IMG/VR virus record: IMGVR_UViG_3300030108_004141
Location: 1 to 64,000 of that record
From: a virus
Length of the DNA stretch: 64,000 nucleotides
Strand: one strand, 5' to 3'
A model generated the notes under the pieces. That model saw only the letters and a list, made by a program, of their open reading frames with translations, had not been told where the DNA came from and did no database searches. The position numbers and the translations under genes were made by a program. Below, in pieces: positions 39,392-49,378 of the stretch. The first letter of the stretch is position 1. Every line of letters begins with the position of its first letter.

Positions 39392-39424
39392 TCCATTGCT
39401 TCTTCCTTACAATAGGTTTATAAT
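39392..39424 (+). promoter_or_regulatory. sigma70-type promoter, TCCM family (leaderless gp43)
   Basis: TCCA TTGCTT-N17-TATAAT-N6-ATG. Confidence 0.75.
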
Positions 39425-39430
39425 CTTATA

Positions 39431-41914
39431 ATGTTCTATACTAATGCGACCTCTATCAAGAGTGATATTCTCGTGCGCGGATACAAAAACGGGAAAGCAT
39501 TCAAGCGCAAAGTTAAATACAAACCAACTCTCTATGTGACATCACAAAATAGAGAGTCGGAGTGGTCAAACATTTATGGTCATCCCCTCGAGCCTATGAA
39601 GTTCGATAATCTATGGGACGCACGTGCGTTTATTAAGCAGCACAAAGATGTCGGTGGATTTGAAATATATGGTCTGCCTCGTTATGAATATGCCTTCTTG
39701 AATGAAGCGTTTCCTGATGATGTAATATTTGATCGCGAACAGATGCGTATCGTTAACATCGATATTGAGGTCGGATCAGAAAATGGTTTCCCCGATCCCG
39801 AAGATGCTGCCGAGCCTGTCACTGCTATCACTATGAAAGTTGGTAAATGGTTTACAGTTTTTGGGTGTGGTGATTACACACCAACTCGTAACGATGTGAA
39901 ATATATCAAATGCAAAGACGAGCATGAGTTGCTTCATAGGTTCCTCGCTGATTGGGCAAGCCCACATCATCCTGACGTAATCACAGGCTGGAACACTTCG
40001 TTCTTTGACATACCATATCTTGTTCGTAGAATAACATCAGTGCTAGGATATGAGTTTGCTAAGAAATTATCGCCTTGGGGTTTGCTGACCGAAACCACTA
40101 TCAAGATGCAAGGTAAGGAACAAATCAAAACATCAATCGCTGGTGTTACGAATCTTGATTACCTCGAGCTGTATAAGAAGTTCACATATTCACAGCAGGA
40201 ATCTTATCGCCTCGATAACATTGCCCATGTTGAGCTGGGTGAAAACAAACTCGATTATTCTGAGTATGCATCGCTTCATAGTTTATATCGTAACGACTAT
40301 CAGAAGTTCATAGATTACAATATCAAAGACGTTGATCTGGTTGAAAAGATTGACGATAAGATGAAACTGATTGACATGGCTTTGACTCTTGCGTATGATG
40401 CCAAGGTGAATATACACGATGTCTTCACTCAGGTTCGGATGTGGGATGTTCTGATCCATAATCACTTATACAGTAAAAAGATTGCTGTTCCTATCGAGGG
40501 TGGCGGCAGCAAAGACGGTTCTTATGTCGGCGCGTATGTAAAGAAACCGAAGATTGGTATGCACAACTGGGTTCTGTCATTCGATCTCAACTCGTTGTAC
40601 CCGCATCTGATTATGCAGTATAATATTTCACCTGAGAAAAAAGATCAGAACAGAAAGACTAGCACCTCGGTTGACCGAATCTTATCTGGCGAAATTAATA
40701 AGATTGATGGATACAGTCTGACACCGAATGGCTGTTACTTCAAGAACGACAGCCAAGGATTTTTGCCTGAGATGATGCAGCGTATGTATAGTGATCGTGT
40801 CGTCTACAAAGAAAAGATGATTGAAGCGCAAAAGGCATACGAGAAAGAAAAAGATCCTGGCAAGAAATTACAATATAGCAAGGATATATCTCGTTATAAA
40901 AATATGCAGCTCGCGAGAAAAGTTCAGCTCAACTCAGCCTATGGTGCGATCGGTAATCAGTTCTTCAGATTCTTTGATCTAGATCAGGCAACAGCTATTA
41001 CAACTGCTGGTCAGCTTTCGATTCGTTGGGCTGAGGAACGAATTAACAAATATCTAAACAAAACACTCAAGACGGGAAATGTCGACTATGTTATTGCTTC
41101 AGATACGGATTCATTATACATTGTTCTTGACAAACTTGTTAACAAAACTTTTGCGAAGAAGGGTACTCCTGACAAAAGTACGGTGGTCTCTTTCCTTGAC
41201 CGAGCAGCTCGAGAAGTCATTGAACCTGTTATTGATAAAATTTATTCAGATCTTGCTGAAAGTGTAGGTGCGTTTGAACAGAAGATGGTTATGGCTAGAG
41301 AGGTCATAGCCGATAAAGGTATATGGACTGCGAAGAAAAGATATATCCTAAATGTGCATGATTCTGAGGGTGTGCGGTTTGAAAAACCTAAACTCAAGAT
41401 GATGGGCATTGAGGCAGTCAAATCATCGACTCCCGAAACGTGTCGTGATGCTATTAAAAAATCTCTCGAGCTTATCATGAACACCAACGAAAATACTGTT
41501 CAGGAATATATAAATGACTTCCGATCAGAGTTCAATAAGATGCCATTTGAAGATGTTGCCTTCCCTCGTGGAGTTAACAACTTGAATAAATATATGAGGA
41601 AGCAGAAATCAGTGCCGATACATGTGAGAGGCGCGTTGGTGTTTAATCAAACACTTCTAGATAAAGGTCTAGAAAAGAAGTATGAACTTATCAAAGAAGG
41701 CGAAAAGATCAAGTATTCTTATATGAGCCTTCCTAATCCAGTAAGGTCAAATGTGCTGGCAATACTTTCTAGTCTTCCTCCTGAGCTTGGATTGGAGCAA
41801 TATATAAATTACAACCTCCAGTTCGACAAAGCATTTTTAGAACCGCTGCGTGCAGTTTTAGAAGTTATAGGATGGAACGAAGAAAAAAGTAACAGCATAG
41901 AGGACTTCTTTTAA
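39431..41914 (+). CDS. gp43: family B DNA polymerase gp43
   Basis: DIEV exonuclease, SFDLNSLYP, KVQLNSAYG, SDTDS, KKRY. Confidence 0.98.
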   Translation: MFYTNATSIKSDILVRGYKNGKAFKRKVKYKPTLYVTSQNRESEWSNIYGHPLEPMKFDNLWDARAFIKQHKDVGGFEIYGLPRYEYAFLNEAFPDDVIFDREQMRIVNIDIEVGSENGFPDPEDAAEPVTAITMKVGKWFTVFGCGDYTPTRNDVKYIKCKDEHELLHRFLADWASPHHPDVITGWNTSFFDIPYLVRRITSVLGYEFAKKLSPWGLLTETTIKMQGKEQIKTSIAGVTNLDYLELYKKFTYSQQESYRLDNIAHVELGENKLDYSEYASLHSLYRNDYQKFIDYNIKDVDLVEKIDDKMKLIDMALTLAYDAKVNIHDVFTQVRMWDVLIHNHLYSKKIAVPIEGGGSKDGSYVGAYVKKPKIGMHNWVLSFDLNSLYPHLIMQYNISPEKKDQNRKTSTSVDRILSGEINKIDGYSLTPNGCYFKNDSQGFLPEMMQRMYSDRVVYKEKMIEAQKAYEKEKDPGKKLQYSKDISRYKNMQLARKVQLNSAYGAIGNQFFRFFDLDQATAITTAGQLSIRWAEERINKYLNKTLKTGNVDYVIASDTDSLYIVLDKLVNKTFAKKGTPDKSTVVSFLDRAAREVIEPVIDKIYSDLAESVGAFEQKMVMAREVIADKGIWTAKKRYILNVHDSEGVRFEKPKLKMMGIEAVKSSTPETCRDAIKKSLELIMNTNENTVQEYINDFRSEFNKMPFEDVAFPRGVNNLNKYMRKQKSVPIHVRGALVFNQTLLDKGLEKKYELIKEGEKIKYSYMSLPNPVRSNVLAILSSLPPELGLEQYINYNLQFDKAFLEPLRAVLEVIGWNEEKSNSIEDFF

Positions 41915-42285
41915 TGGCTGATATACCCGAGGAATACCTTTCATACGACTTTGGTTTTTCTGCAGTCGACGATCCTTATGAGGCTAAGGAGCAGTCACAA
42001 GAAACAGTGACTGCTGCTGTATCAGAGGATGTCGAAAAAAAGTTAGATTTAATTGAGGAAAAGATTCAAGCACTCACTTCACTTATGTTTAGAATGGAAG
42101 AGGACGGTAATGAAAGAGTGTCAGAAGCAGAACTGCGTGATAAGGTTCGCAGACTTGAGGCAATCATAGTTCCTCTCCTCAACAATCTCCTGAAAACTGC
42201 AGATAAAGATTATATCCATTGGCCAAACCGTGGACCTGCAGTAGAGCAACAGCTTCAGAAAGTATTAGAAATCACCCGAGGATAA
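41914..42285 (+). CDS. conserved hypothetical protein
   Basis: DFGFSAVD, PLLNNL, YIHWPNR. Confidence 0.75.
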   Translation: MADIPEEYLSYDFGFSAVDDPYEAKEQSQETVTAAVSEDVEKKLDLIEEKIQALTSLMFRMEEDGNERVSEAELRDKVRRLEAIIVPLLNNLLKTADKDYIHWPNRGPAVEQQLQKVLEITRG

Positions 42286-42292
42286 GATAGGT

Positions 42293-42610
42293 ATGCTGCC
42301 GTCAAAAGCAGAAATCATGCAAGCACTTGAGTCGGTTCACGACCCACACGTGCCTGTTAGCTTGCACCGAATGGGAATGCTTCGCGAAATCGAAATAAGT
42401 CAAGACGGTGTTGTGAATATTCAGGTGTGTATTCCGTGCATGGGTTGTCCTGGCGTGGGTATGCTTCGTGAAAATATCCGTGAGGCAGTGCTCACACTCT
42501 CCGGTGTCACAGAGGTCAATGTCGAAGAGGGATGGCATTTACCGTGGACACGAGAGATGATTGAACCAGATGTTCAAGATATGATGCGGATTAATGGCAT
42601 ACAGGTTTGA
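42293..42610 (+). CDS. DUF59/SufT/PaaD-like Fe-S assembly factor
   Basis: LESVHDP, MG, GCP, PWTREM. Confidence 0.75.
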   Translation: MLPSKAEIMQALESVHDPHVPVSLHRMGMLREIEISQDGVVNIQVCIPCMGCPGVGMLRENIREAVLTLSGVTEVNVEEGWHLPWTREMIEPDVQDMMRINGIQV

Positions 42611-43524
42611 CGGAGAGAACTAGGATGGATAGAATTTTAATCTTTTCGGTTGGTATCGCCATATCGGTGGTGGCAGCTTGGTACTCGATTATCGGTTTGA
42701 CTACAATATTTGCAGCTGCGTTCATACCGATTATAATTATGGGTTCGGTGCTAGAAGTTGGTAAGATTGTTACAGCTTCATATATGTTTCGAAACTGGAG
42801 CAACATACCCATACTGATGCGAGGATATTTTTCTTTCGCTATTATTATCCTAATGCTTATTACGAGCATGGGTATTTTCGGATATTTGTCAAAGGCTCAC
42901 ATTGATCAGACATTAGGAAGTGGCGATAACACACTACAAATACAAATGCTTGATCAGCGCATACAGCGTCAGCAAAATAAATTAAATGATGCGAACCGTG
43001 TTATCGAACAACTCGATAAATCTGTCGAAACTTTGATTCAATATGATAGGATTCGTGGTCGGGATGGTGCGATAGCGGTTCGGAAATCACAAACCGAAGA
43101 ACGCACCAACCTCAATACCTTGATAGAATCTGCAGCTAATGAAATATCAAAACTCCGTGATAAGAAATTAATTCTGAAAAAAGAACAGCTAAAGTTCGAG
43201 GCAGAAGTCGGACCGATAAAATATATCGCCGATCTAATCTATGGTGATCAGGCTAAAGAAATGATTGATGAGGCAGTTCGCGCTGTCATAATATTACTCG
43301 TTGTTGTGTTTGATCCACTCGCGATACTTTTGATTGTAGCAGCTGGTGGGATTGATGTTGCACCTAAACAACCGAAAAGAAAACTTAATTCTCCATTGCG
43401 AAATGGTAGAAATAAACGTAGAATGAGGAAAGGTACAGAGCGTTGGAAAGGTGATGCTGCTGAAATAATTAGCGGTGAAGATTGGCAAACGACTGAGAAA
43501 GTAACTATACAAAAGGAAAAGTGA
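42607..43524 (+). CDS. membrane protein with long coiled coil
   Basis: Three N-terminal hydrophobic helices, coiled coil, C-terminal TM (VVFDPLAILL). Confidence 0.75.
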   Translation: MTERTRMDRILIFSVGIAISVVAAWYSIIGLTTIFAAAFIPIIIMGSVLEVGKIVTASYMFRNWSNIPILMRGYFSFAIIILMLITSMGIFGYLSKAHIDQTLGSGDNTLQIQMLDQRIQRQQNKLNDANRVIEQLDKSVETLIQYDRIRGRDGAIAVRKSQTEERTNLNTLIESAANEISKLRDKKLILKKEQLKFEAEVGPIKYIADLIYGDQAKEMIDEAVRAVIILLVVVFDPLAILLIVAAGGIDVAPKQPKRKLNSPLRNGRNKRRMRKGTERWKGDAAEIISGEDWQTTEKVTIQKEK

Positions 43525-44586
43525 ATGAGTGATTTTTTTCGTCAGATGGTAAAAGATATTGGTGATGTTGACACACATATCGCCGAGGATGGTTTACATT
43601 CTTCTGAGTTTTCAGGAGCAATCGATACAGGTTCGTACATTCTAAACGCAGCATTGACTGGCAGTTTGTATGGTGGCGCACCCAATAATAAGATTACTGC
43701 GTTTGCTGGTGAGTCGGCAACTGGTAAGACTTTTTTCGTTTTAGGTATTGTTCGTCAGTTTCTAATCGATAATCCTGAGGGCGGTGTTTTCTATTATGAC
43801 ACTGAGGCAGCTGTTACAAAAGATATGATGAGCGACCGAGGTATCGATACCAGTCGTGTTATCGTATCTGAGCAAACTACAGTTCAGAGTTTCAGAACTC
43901 ATGTCATGCGTACACTCGATCGATATCTAGAATCAGATGAGCGACCACCTATCCTATTCGTGCTAGACTCGCTCGGTCAGCTTTCGACTGAGAAAGAAGT
44001 TTCGGACATCGCCGACGGTAAAGATACACGCGATATGACTCGTGCTCAGTTGTTGCGTGGAACGTTCCGTGCGCTATCATTGAAACTTGCTAAAGCTCGC
44101 GCACCTATGCTAGTGACTAATCATGTATTTGATGTGATTGGCTCTTACATGCCTATGAAAGATATGGGCGGTGGTGCAGGTCTGAAGTATGCAGCTTCTC
44201 AGATCGTTTTCTTATCTAAGAAAAAAGATAAGGATGGGACTGACGTTGTCGGTAATATTATTCACTGCCGTATGAATAAGAGTCGGTTCACGAAAGAAAA
44301 CAAAATGGTTGATGTTCGTCTTTCGTATGACGAAGGGTTGGATCGTTATTATGGTTTGCTTGAACTTGCCGAAAAATATCAGATCATTAAGAAGGTCAGC
44401 ACTCGCTATGAACTTCCTGATGGTACTAAACTGTTCGGCAAGCAAATCATGAAGGATCCCGAAAAGTATTTTACCGAGGATATGATGCATCAATTAGAGC
44501 TGGCTGCTGAAACTGAATTTAAATATGGAAAGGTTGGGATCGATGAAGTCGACGACACCCAGGAAAGTGAACTACAAGATTCGTGA
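43525..44586 (+). CDS. uvsX: RecA-like recombinase UvsX
   Basis: GESATGKT, YDTE, LDSLG, DMTRA, GGGAGLKYAAS. Confidence 0.96.
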   Translation: MSDFFRQMVKDIGDVDTHIAEDGLHSSEFSGAIDTGSYILNAALTGSLYGGAPNNKITAFAGESATGKTFFVLGIVRQFLIDNPEGGVFYYDTEAAVTKDMMSDRGIDTSRVIVSEQTTVQSFRTHVMRTLDRYLESDERPPILFVLDSLGQLSTEKEVSDIADGKDTRDMTRAQLLRGTFRALSLKLAKARAPMLVTNHVFDVIGSYMPMKDMGGGAGLKYAASQIVFLSKKKDKDGTDVVGNIIHCRMNKSRFTKENKMVDVRLSYDEGLDRYYGLLELAEKYQIIKKVSTRYELPDGTKLFGKQIMKDPEKYFTEDMMHQLELAAETEFKYGKVGIDEVDDTQESELQDS

Positions 44587-44842
44587 TGAAGACTCAGATG
44601 GACTCGCGGTTATTGAAATATTGGAAGATCCGTTCAGAGGCACTAAGTTTCATTTTGGTGAGGTTGGTTCGTTTGATACCGAAACGGAAGAAGTCGGAGT
44701 GAAATTTCAGTTTACCATAGATGAAGGAGATGATACACTAGAGAAAGATCCAAGGTTTCAAGAAGTAGTTGCCCATATACTTTACAGCATTGTGACGGAT
44801 AATGAGAATAGAACAAACGATTCTACGACACCTAGTTCATAA
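44543..44842 (+). CDS. hypothetical protein at gp40 position
   Basis: Between uvsX and gp41 as for T4 gp40; start uncertain. Confidence 0.5.
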   Translation: MKSTTPRKVNYKIRDEDSDGLAVIEILEDPFRGTKFHFGEVGSFDTETEEVGVKFQFTIDEGDDTLEKDPRFQEVVAHILYSIVTDNENRTNDSTTPSS

Positions 44843-46217
44843 AGAAAATTTTGCTAGAAAGGCACTCCCGTTTTTACGCGATGAGTATTTTTCTGATTCG
44901 AGTGAGAGACTAATATATCATCGGATCAACGAGTTCGTTCAAAAATATAATGATATCCCCTCTCGCGAGGCACTTGAGATCGATCTCGAACAAATAAAAA
45001 ATCTATCAGAGGATCAGTACGGTGGTTGTGTTGATATCATAAAATCTTTAGAGGAGCCTGAGCCTGTTGATGATCAATGGCTTATTGATGAAACAGAGAG
45101 GTTCTGTCAAGACCGAGCAATCTATAACGCTATCATGGACAGCATCGGTATCATCGATGGCAAAGACAAAGATAGAACTAAAGGTAGCATTCCAGAAATA
45201 CTAACCTCTGCGCTGGCTGTTTCTTTTGACAGCCATATCGGTCATGACTTTCTCGAAGATTATGAGGATCGGTTTGATTTTTATCACAGGGTTGAGGAAC
45301 GCATTCCTTTCGATCTTGAGATGCTCAATACAATCACACGCGGTGGTCTTCCTCGTAAATCTCTCAATATTATCCTAGCTGGCACAGGTGTCGGTAAAAC
45401 ACTGGCGATGTGTCATATGGCTGCATCTAATCTTGTGCTCGGTAAGAATGTATTGTACATTACTATGGAGATGGCTGAAGAAAAGATCGCTGAGAGAATC
45501 GATGCGAATCTTCTTAATGTTGCGGTTGATGAGCTAGCACAGTTGCCGAAAAATAGTTATGAAAAGAAAGTTGAGCGTGTTCGTAATAAGACAGTTGGTA
45601 AACTGATTATCAAAGAGTTTCCTACTGCCTCAGCGCATGTGGGTCATCTCAGACATCTGCTCAACGAGCTTCAACTCAAGCGATCGTTCGTTCCCGATAT
45701 TATCTACATCGACTATCTAAATATTTGTTTATCGGCTCGGATCAAAGCAGGTGCGAATGTTAATAGCTACACGTATGTCAAAGCGATCGCCGAAGAACTA
45801 CGTGGCTTGGCTGTTGAAAAAAATCTACCAATCGTATCGGCAACTCAAACAACTCGTACAGGTTACAGCAACTCAGATCCTGGTCTCGAGGATACCTCCG
45901 AGTCTTTCGGTTTGCCAGCGACCGCTGACTTCATGATTGCGTTAGTTTCTTCGGACCAGCTATCAGATCTCAATCAGATCATGATCAAGCAACTTAAAAA
46001 CCGCTACAATGACCCAACAATAAATAGAAGGTTCGTAGTTGGAGTTGATCGCGCTAAAATGAGGATGTATGATTTAGATGATTCGGCTCAGTCAACGTCT
46101 GAGGATAAACCATTGATGGATACAACATCATTCGGTCAGCGAGCAGAAGAAGATGATAATATGAAGTGGATGACGAAAATTGCAGGAAGAAAGGATTTTA
46201 GTAAGTTAAGAGCATGA
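44802..46217 (+). CDS. gp41: replicative helicase gp41
   Basis: AGTGVGKT, TMEMAEE, IDYL, SATQTTR, LKNRY. Confidence 0.97.
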   Translation: MRIEQTILRHLVHKENFARKALPFLRDEYFSDSSERLIYHRINEFVQKYNDIPSREALEIDLEQIKNLSEDQYGGCVDIIKSLEEPEPVDDQWLIDETERFCQDRAIYNAIMDSIGIIDGKDKDRTKGSIPEILTSALAVSFDSHIGHDFLEDYEDRFDFYHRVEERIPFDLEMLNTITRGGLPRKSLNIILAGTGVGKTLAMCHMAASNLVLGKNVLYITMEMAEEKIAERIDANLLNVAVDELAQLPKNSYEKKVERVRNKTVGKLIIKEFPTASAHVGHLRHLLNELQLKRSFVPDIIYIDYLNICLSARIKAGANVNSYTYVKAIAEELRGLAVEKNLPIVSATQTTRTGYSNSDPGLEDTSESFGLPATADFMIALVSSDQLSDLNQIMIKQLKNRYNDPTINRRFVVGVDRAKMRMYDLDDSAQSTSEDKPLMDTTSFGQRAEEDDNMKWMTKIAGRKDFSKLRA

Positions 46218-46384
46218 ATATACAAGAAGCAATTGAAGATTTATTAGAAATGGAAGTTGACGATCGCGAAAGATTTCTCATGACATGTAAACTAGAAGCC
46301 TGTTCAGGTCACAATGATGGTTGGGTCATGGGACATTATCAAACATATTTAGATGCAGCAAAACATTTAGAGGATGCAAATTAA
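46214..46384 (+). CDS. small hypothetical protein (56 aa; not in the ORF track)
   Basis: ATGA-coupled to gp41; MNIQEAIEDLLEME...SGHNDGWVMGHY. Confidence 0.65.
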   Translation: MNIQEAIEDLLEMEVDDRERFLMTCKLEACSGHNDGWVMGHYQTYLDAAKHLEDAN

Positions 46385-46386
46385 TT

Positions 46387-46566
46387 ATGGGCAAAACGTA
46401 TCGCCGCACAAAAAACGTGTGGGAAGATGGAGACACTCGTGAAAGACGCAGCAAAAAGAAAGCAAAGAAAAAGCTCAAGTTGGCTGAACGACGTAGTCAT
46501 GACAAACATCAAGTCTTTGACACATACGCAAGTTCCAGAGATAACAGTCCGCGGAAGCAATTTTAA
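46387..46566 (+). CDS. small basic protein
   Basis: MGKTYRR...KKKAKKK. Confidence 0.6.
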   Translation: MGKTYRRTKNVWEDGDTRERRSKKKAKKKLKLAERRSHDKHQVFDTYASSRDNSPRKQF

Positions 46567-46972
46567 AACTAGGAAAAAAGTTTTAATTGCTGCAGTTTGG
46601 ATGCTCTATGATCAGCTTGGTAATAGAGTCGCACCGAATATCACATTAGAAATTGATCTAATCAAATTACTCATACATGATGAGGCAGTTTTCGGTGATT
46701 GTTTCGCTGCAGACAGTATGAGATACAACAGACCAAGATACTTTCAAATCAGATTGGATGCAGGTTTAAAACTGCCAGTTCTTCTTGAAACATTAGCGCA
46801 CGAAATAGTTCATCTCAGGCAATACGCTAAAGATCAGCTGTATGAATACAGAAACGGAGACAGCCGATACGCTGGCAAACGATACCCAAAAGATTGTGAA
46901 GATCTACCATGGGAAGATGAAGCTCATGCACTGGAGCAGCACATTTATCACAGATACACTTCTCAATTATAA
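46499..46972 (+). CDS. HExxH zincin-like metalloprotein
   Basis: TLAHEIVHLRQY, PWEDEA; start uncertain. Confidence 0.75.
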   Translation: MTNIKSLTHTQVPEITVRGSNFKTRKKVLIAAVWMLYDQLGNRVAPNITLEIDLIKLLIHDEAVFGDCFAADSMRYNRPRYFQIRLDAGLKLPVLLETLAHEIVHLRQYAKDQLYEYRNGDSRYAGKRYPKDCEDLPWEDEAHALEQHIYHRYTSQL

Positions 46973-46975
46973 ATA
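46968..46975 (+). promoter_or_regulatory. late promoter TATAAATA
   Basis: Exact consensus overlapping a stop codon. Confidence 0.75.
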
Positions 46976-46995
46976 GGGAGAAGAGGAGATGATAG

Positions 46996-47949
46996 ATGGC
47001 GTTCAGCAAACCTGCTTTACAGGAACAGCTTAAACCGTTCGGAAAGCTCAAAGTTGAAGGAAATCGATTCAAAGTTTTGTTGGCTGATGGATCGACTGCG
47101 GCACGCATAAATTTTCTTAACACTCTCCAAGATATATTACCCAACGCTGTAATTAAAAATGATAATACAAATTTCAGCTCTGTAGGATATATTCAGGTCG
47201 ACCAGTTTAAAATTGCAGGAAAACCAGCTAAGAGACAAGGGGCTGGCTCTGCTGGACTAAAAAACGAAAATGTCTTTATCAACAGTATCAACAAAGCGAT
47301 AAAAGATACAGGTGGTTCATTAGACGTTTGTTTGATCGGAGGAAATAATGTTAAGATCACGATCAAGCAGGTTTCAAAGGCTGTTGAAATGGGTAGACAA
47401 ACATCAGACTACGCTAAGTCTGATGTTGATTTAATCCACGAAAATGGGATATATAAGATATCTCTGAAACAAGATAATGCTGAAATGTGGGAGTCGGCAG
47501 ACACTCGATTTGGTGAAATGATAAGAACTAAAATAGATGAAGCTCAAAAACAAGGAAAGGTTAAACTTGAGCCAATAATGGCTGCTGGTGGTTCTGTTAA
47601 AAAAAATCAAGGAAAGACCGTTGTAAAAATAGTGCCAGAAAGTAAAGTTAGAATGTCACTAGCAGAGCAAAAGAGTGTTGTTTTCGGTAATGATATAAAA
47701 GAGGGCAAAGGTGCTGTTGTAAAGAAGACATTTAGCACTGCTGACTTTACTTACGAAAATGATTGTTTGTTTATTAAATGCTCGAAAATATATCGAAATA
47801 TCCAAGATGTTAGAACTGCTGGTGAAACGCCAACAATATTAATACGTGCTGATTCTAACAGAAACAGTAAAAAATTAGGAATTGCTGGTCTCAGAATCAT
47901 AGTCAATGTGGAAAACAATCGAACCCGACGTGCATTAGATTTAACATAA
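46996..47949 (+). CDS. hypothetical protein, possible PD-(D/E)xK nuclease fold
   Basis: E..., KSDV...ISLK spacing. Confidence 0.45.
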   Translation: MAFSKPALQEQLKPFGKLKVEGNRFKVLLADGSTAARINFLNTLQDILPNAVIKNDNTNFSSVGYIQVDQFKIAGKPAKRQGAGSAGLKNENVFINSINKAIKDTGGSLDVCLIGGNNVKITIKQVSKAVEMGRQTSDYAKSDVDLIHENGIYKISLKQDNAEMWESADTRFGEMIRTKIDEAQKQGKVKLEPIMAAGGSVKKNQGKTVVKIVPESKVRMSLAEQKSVVFGNDIKEGKGAVVKKTFSTADFTYENDCLFIKCSKIYRNIQDVRTAGETPTILIRADSNRNSKKLGIAGLRIIVNVENNRTRRALDLT

Positions 47950-47951
47950 AT

Positions 47952-47984
47952 TCCCTTTGGTATGGGTCATAGATAAGGTATAAT
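47952..47984 (+). promoter_or_regulatory. sigma70-type promoter, TCCM family (leaderless)
   Basis: TCCC TTTGGT-N17-TATAAT-N6-ATG. Confidence 0.7.
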
Positions 47985-47990
47985 AAGTCA

Positions 47991-49217
47991 ATGCTTAAAC
48001 TTCAAAGCTATCTCACCGAGCAAAAGAATGTTCACATGGAGCACCTCGAAGATCTGGTGCTGAACAAAGGTATTGTCGGTGCACGTGAGATATTTGCATT
48101 CCTGACCTCACTTGGTGAGATGCTTGGCGGCAATAGCAAAAGCAGTATGAAAGCCACTGTCAAGTGGGATGGTGCACCTGCTATCTTTATGGGTGTTGAT
48201 CCTGCTGACAAAAAGTTCTTCGTTGCGAAGAAAGGTTTGTTCAACAAAACTCCTAAGATGTACAAAACGAATGCTGAGATCGATGCTGATATATCTGGCT
48301 CTCTCAACGCAAAGTTCAAAACTGCTCTCGCTGAGTTTGCGAAACTTGGTTTGAAGAGTGGTGTCGTTCAGGGCGATATGATGTTCACCAGTGGTGATGT
48401 CAATACCGAAACAATCGAGGGCAAAAAGTATTACACGTTCCAACCCAACACGATTGTATATGCAGTTCCTATCAATACACCTTTGGGTCGCCAAATCAAA
48501 CGATCAAAGATTGGTGTCGTTTGGCATACAACATACGAGGGAAAAGATATTCAATCAATGCGTGCATCGTTTGGTAAAGGTATTGTTCGTCGGTTGAGAA
48601 AGAGCAGCTCGGTTTGGATGGATGATGCAACTTATCGTGATGTATCTGGTCAGGCGACTATGACTGCTGCTGAAACGAAAGAGTTCCGTGGTCACGTTTC
48701 TGCAGCTGGCAGATTACTTCGCACGATTCCTACTAAAGCACTGGCGACGATAGCGGATAACGAACAGCTCTTGATGATGGTCAAGACGTACAACAATACA
48801 AAGGTCCGAGCTGGTGAACCTATAAAAAATACAACTGCTCATGCTCGTGGTCTGATTACATATCTCGACGCTAAGTTCAAAGCAGAGGAAGACAAACGTA
48901 AAACCGAAAAAGGCAAGCAAGGTGTTCGTGATAGAAAGAAAGAAGTCATGGGACCTTTGCTGACTGTTCCTGTATCCCAGCTCGCTGCGATATTTGATTT
49001 CATGAATACCATTGTAGACGCTAAAGCAATCATCGTTCGTAAAATGAATCAGGCGGCATCGGTCGGTACATTCTTAAGAACGAAAAAGGGATTTAGAGTT
49101 ACAGCACCTGAAGGATATGTTGCTATCGATAAATCTAAAGGGGGAGCAGTAAAGCTGGTCGACCGACTAGAGTTCAGTCGAGCGAACTTTTCTGCCGATG
49201 TTCTTAAGGGATGGTAG
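47991..49217 (+). CDS. ligase-like nucleotidyltransferase with capsid-targeting-like leader
   Basis: MLKLQSYLTE; KWDG, VQGDMMF, PEGYV, VKLVDR in ligase motif order I-III-IV-V. Confidence 0.6.
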   Translation: MLKLQSYLTEQKNVHMEHLEDLVLNKGIVGAREIFAFLTSLGEMLGGNSKSSMKATVKWDGAPAIFMGVDPADKKFFVAKKGLFNKTPKMYKTNAEIDADISGSLNAKFKTALAEFAKLGLKSGVVQGDMMFTSGDVNTETIEGKKYYTFQPNTIVYAVPINTPLGRQIKRSKIGVVWHTTYEGKDIQSMRASFGKGIVRRLRKSSSVWMDDATYRDVSGQATMTAAETKEFRGHVSAAGRLLRTIPTKALATIADNEQLLMMVKTYNNTKVRAGEPIKNTTAHARGLITYLDAKFKAEEDKRKTEKGKQGVRDRKKEVMGPLLTVPVSQLAAIFDFMNTIVDAKAIIVRKMNQAASVGTFLRTKKGFRVTAPEGYVAIDKSKGGAVKLVDRLEFSRANFSADVLKGW

Positions 49218-49378
49218 AAAAGATAAAGAGCGGCGACAGATATATTGTAATGGTGAACGGTAAAATAATGTTTCATGGCAGCACCGAAAATGCTGCTAAG
49301 TTTGCTAAAAGTATAAATAACAGGATAGATAGATCTAATTCGGAGGAAAAAAATGCCATATCAGATTCTAACGCCTGA
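49211..49378 (+). CDS. small hypothetical protein (55 aa; not in the ORF track)
   Basis: MVEKIKSGDRYIVMVNGKIMFHGS...; overlaps both neighbours. Confidence 0.45.
   Translation: MVEKIKSGDRYIVMVNGKIMFHGSTENAAKFAKSINNRIDRSNSEEKNAISDSNA
49312..49319 (+). promoter_or_regulatory. late promoter TATAAATA
   Basis: Exact consensus upstream of the internal-protein cluster. Confidence 0.8.
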
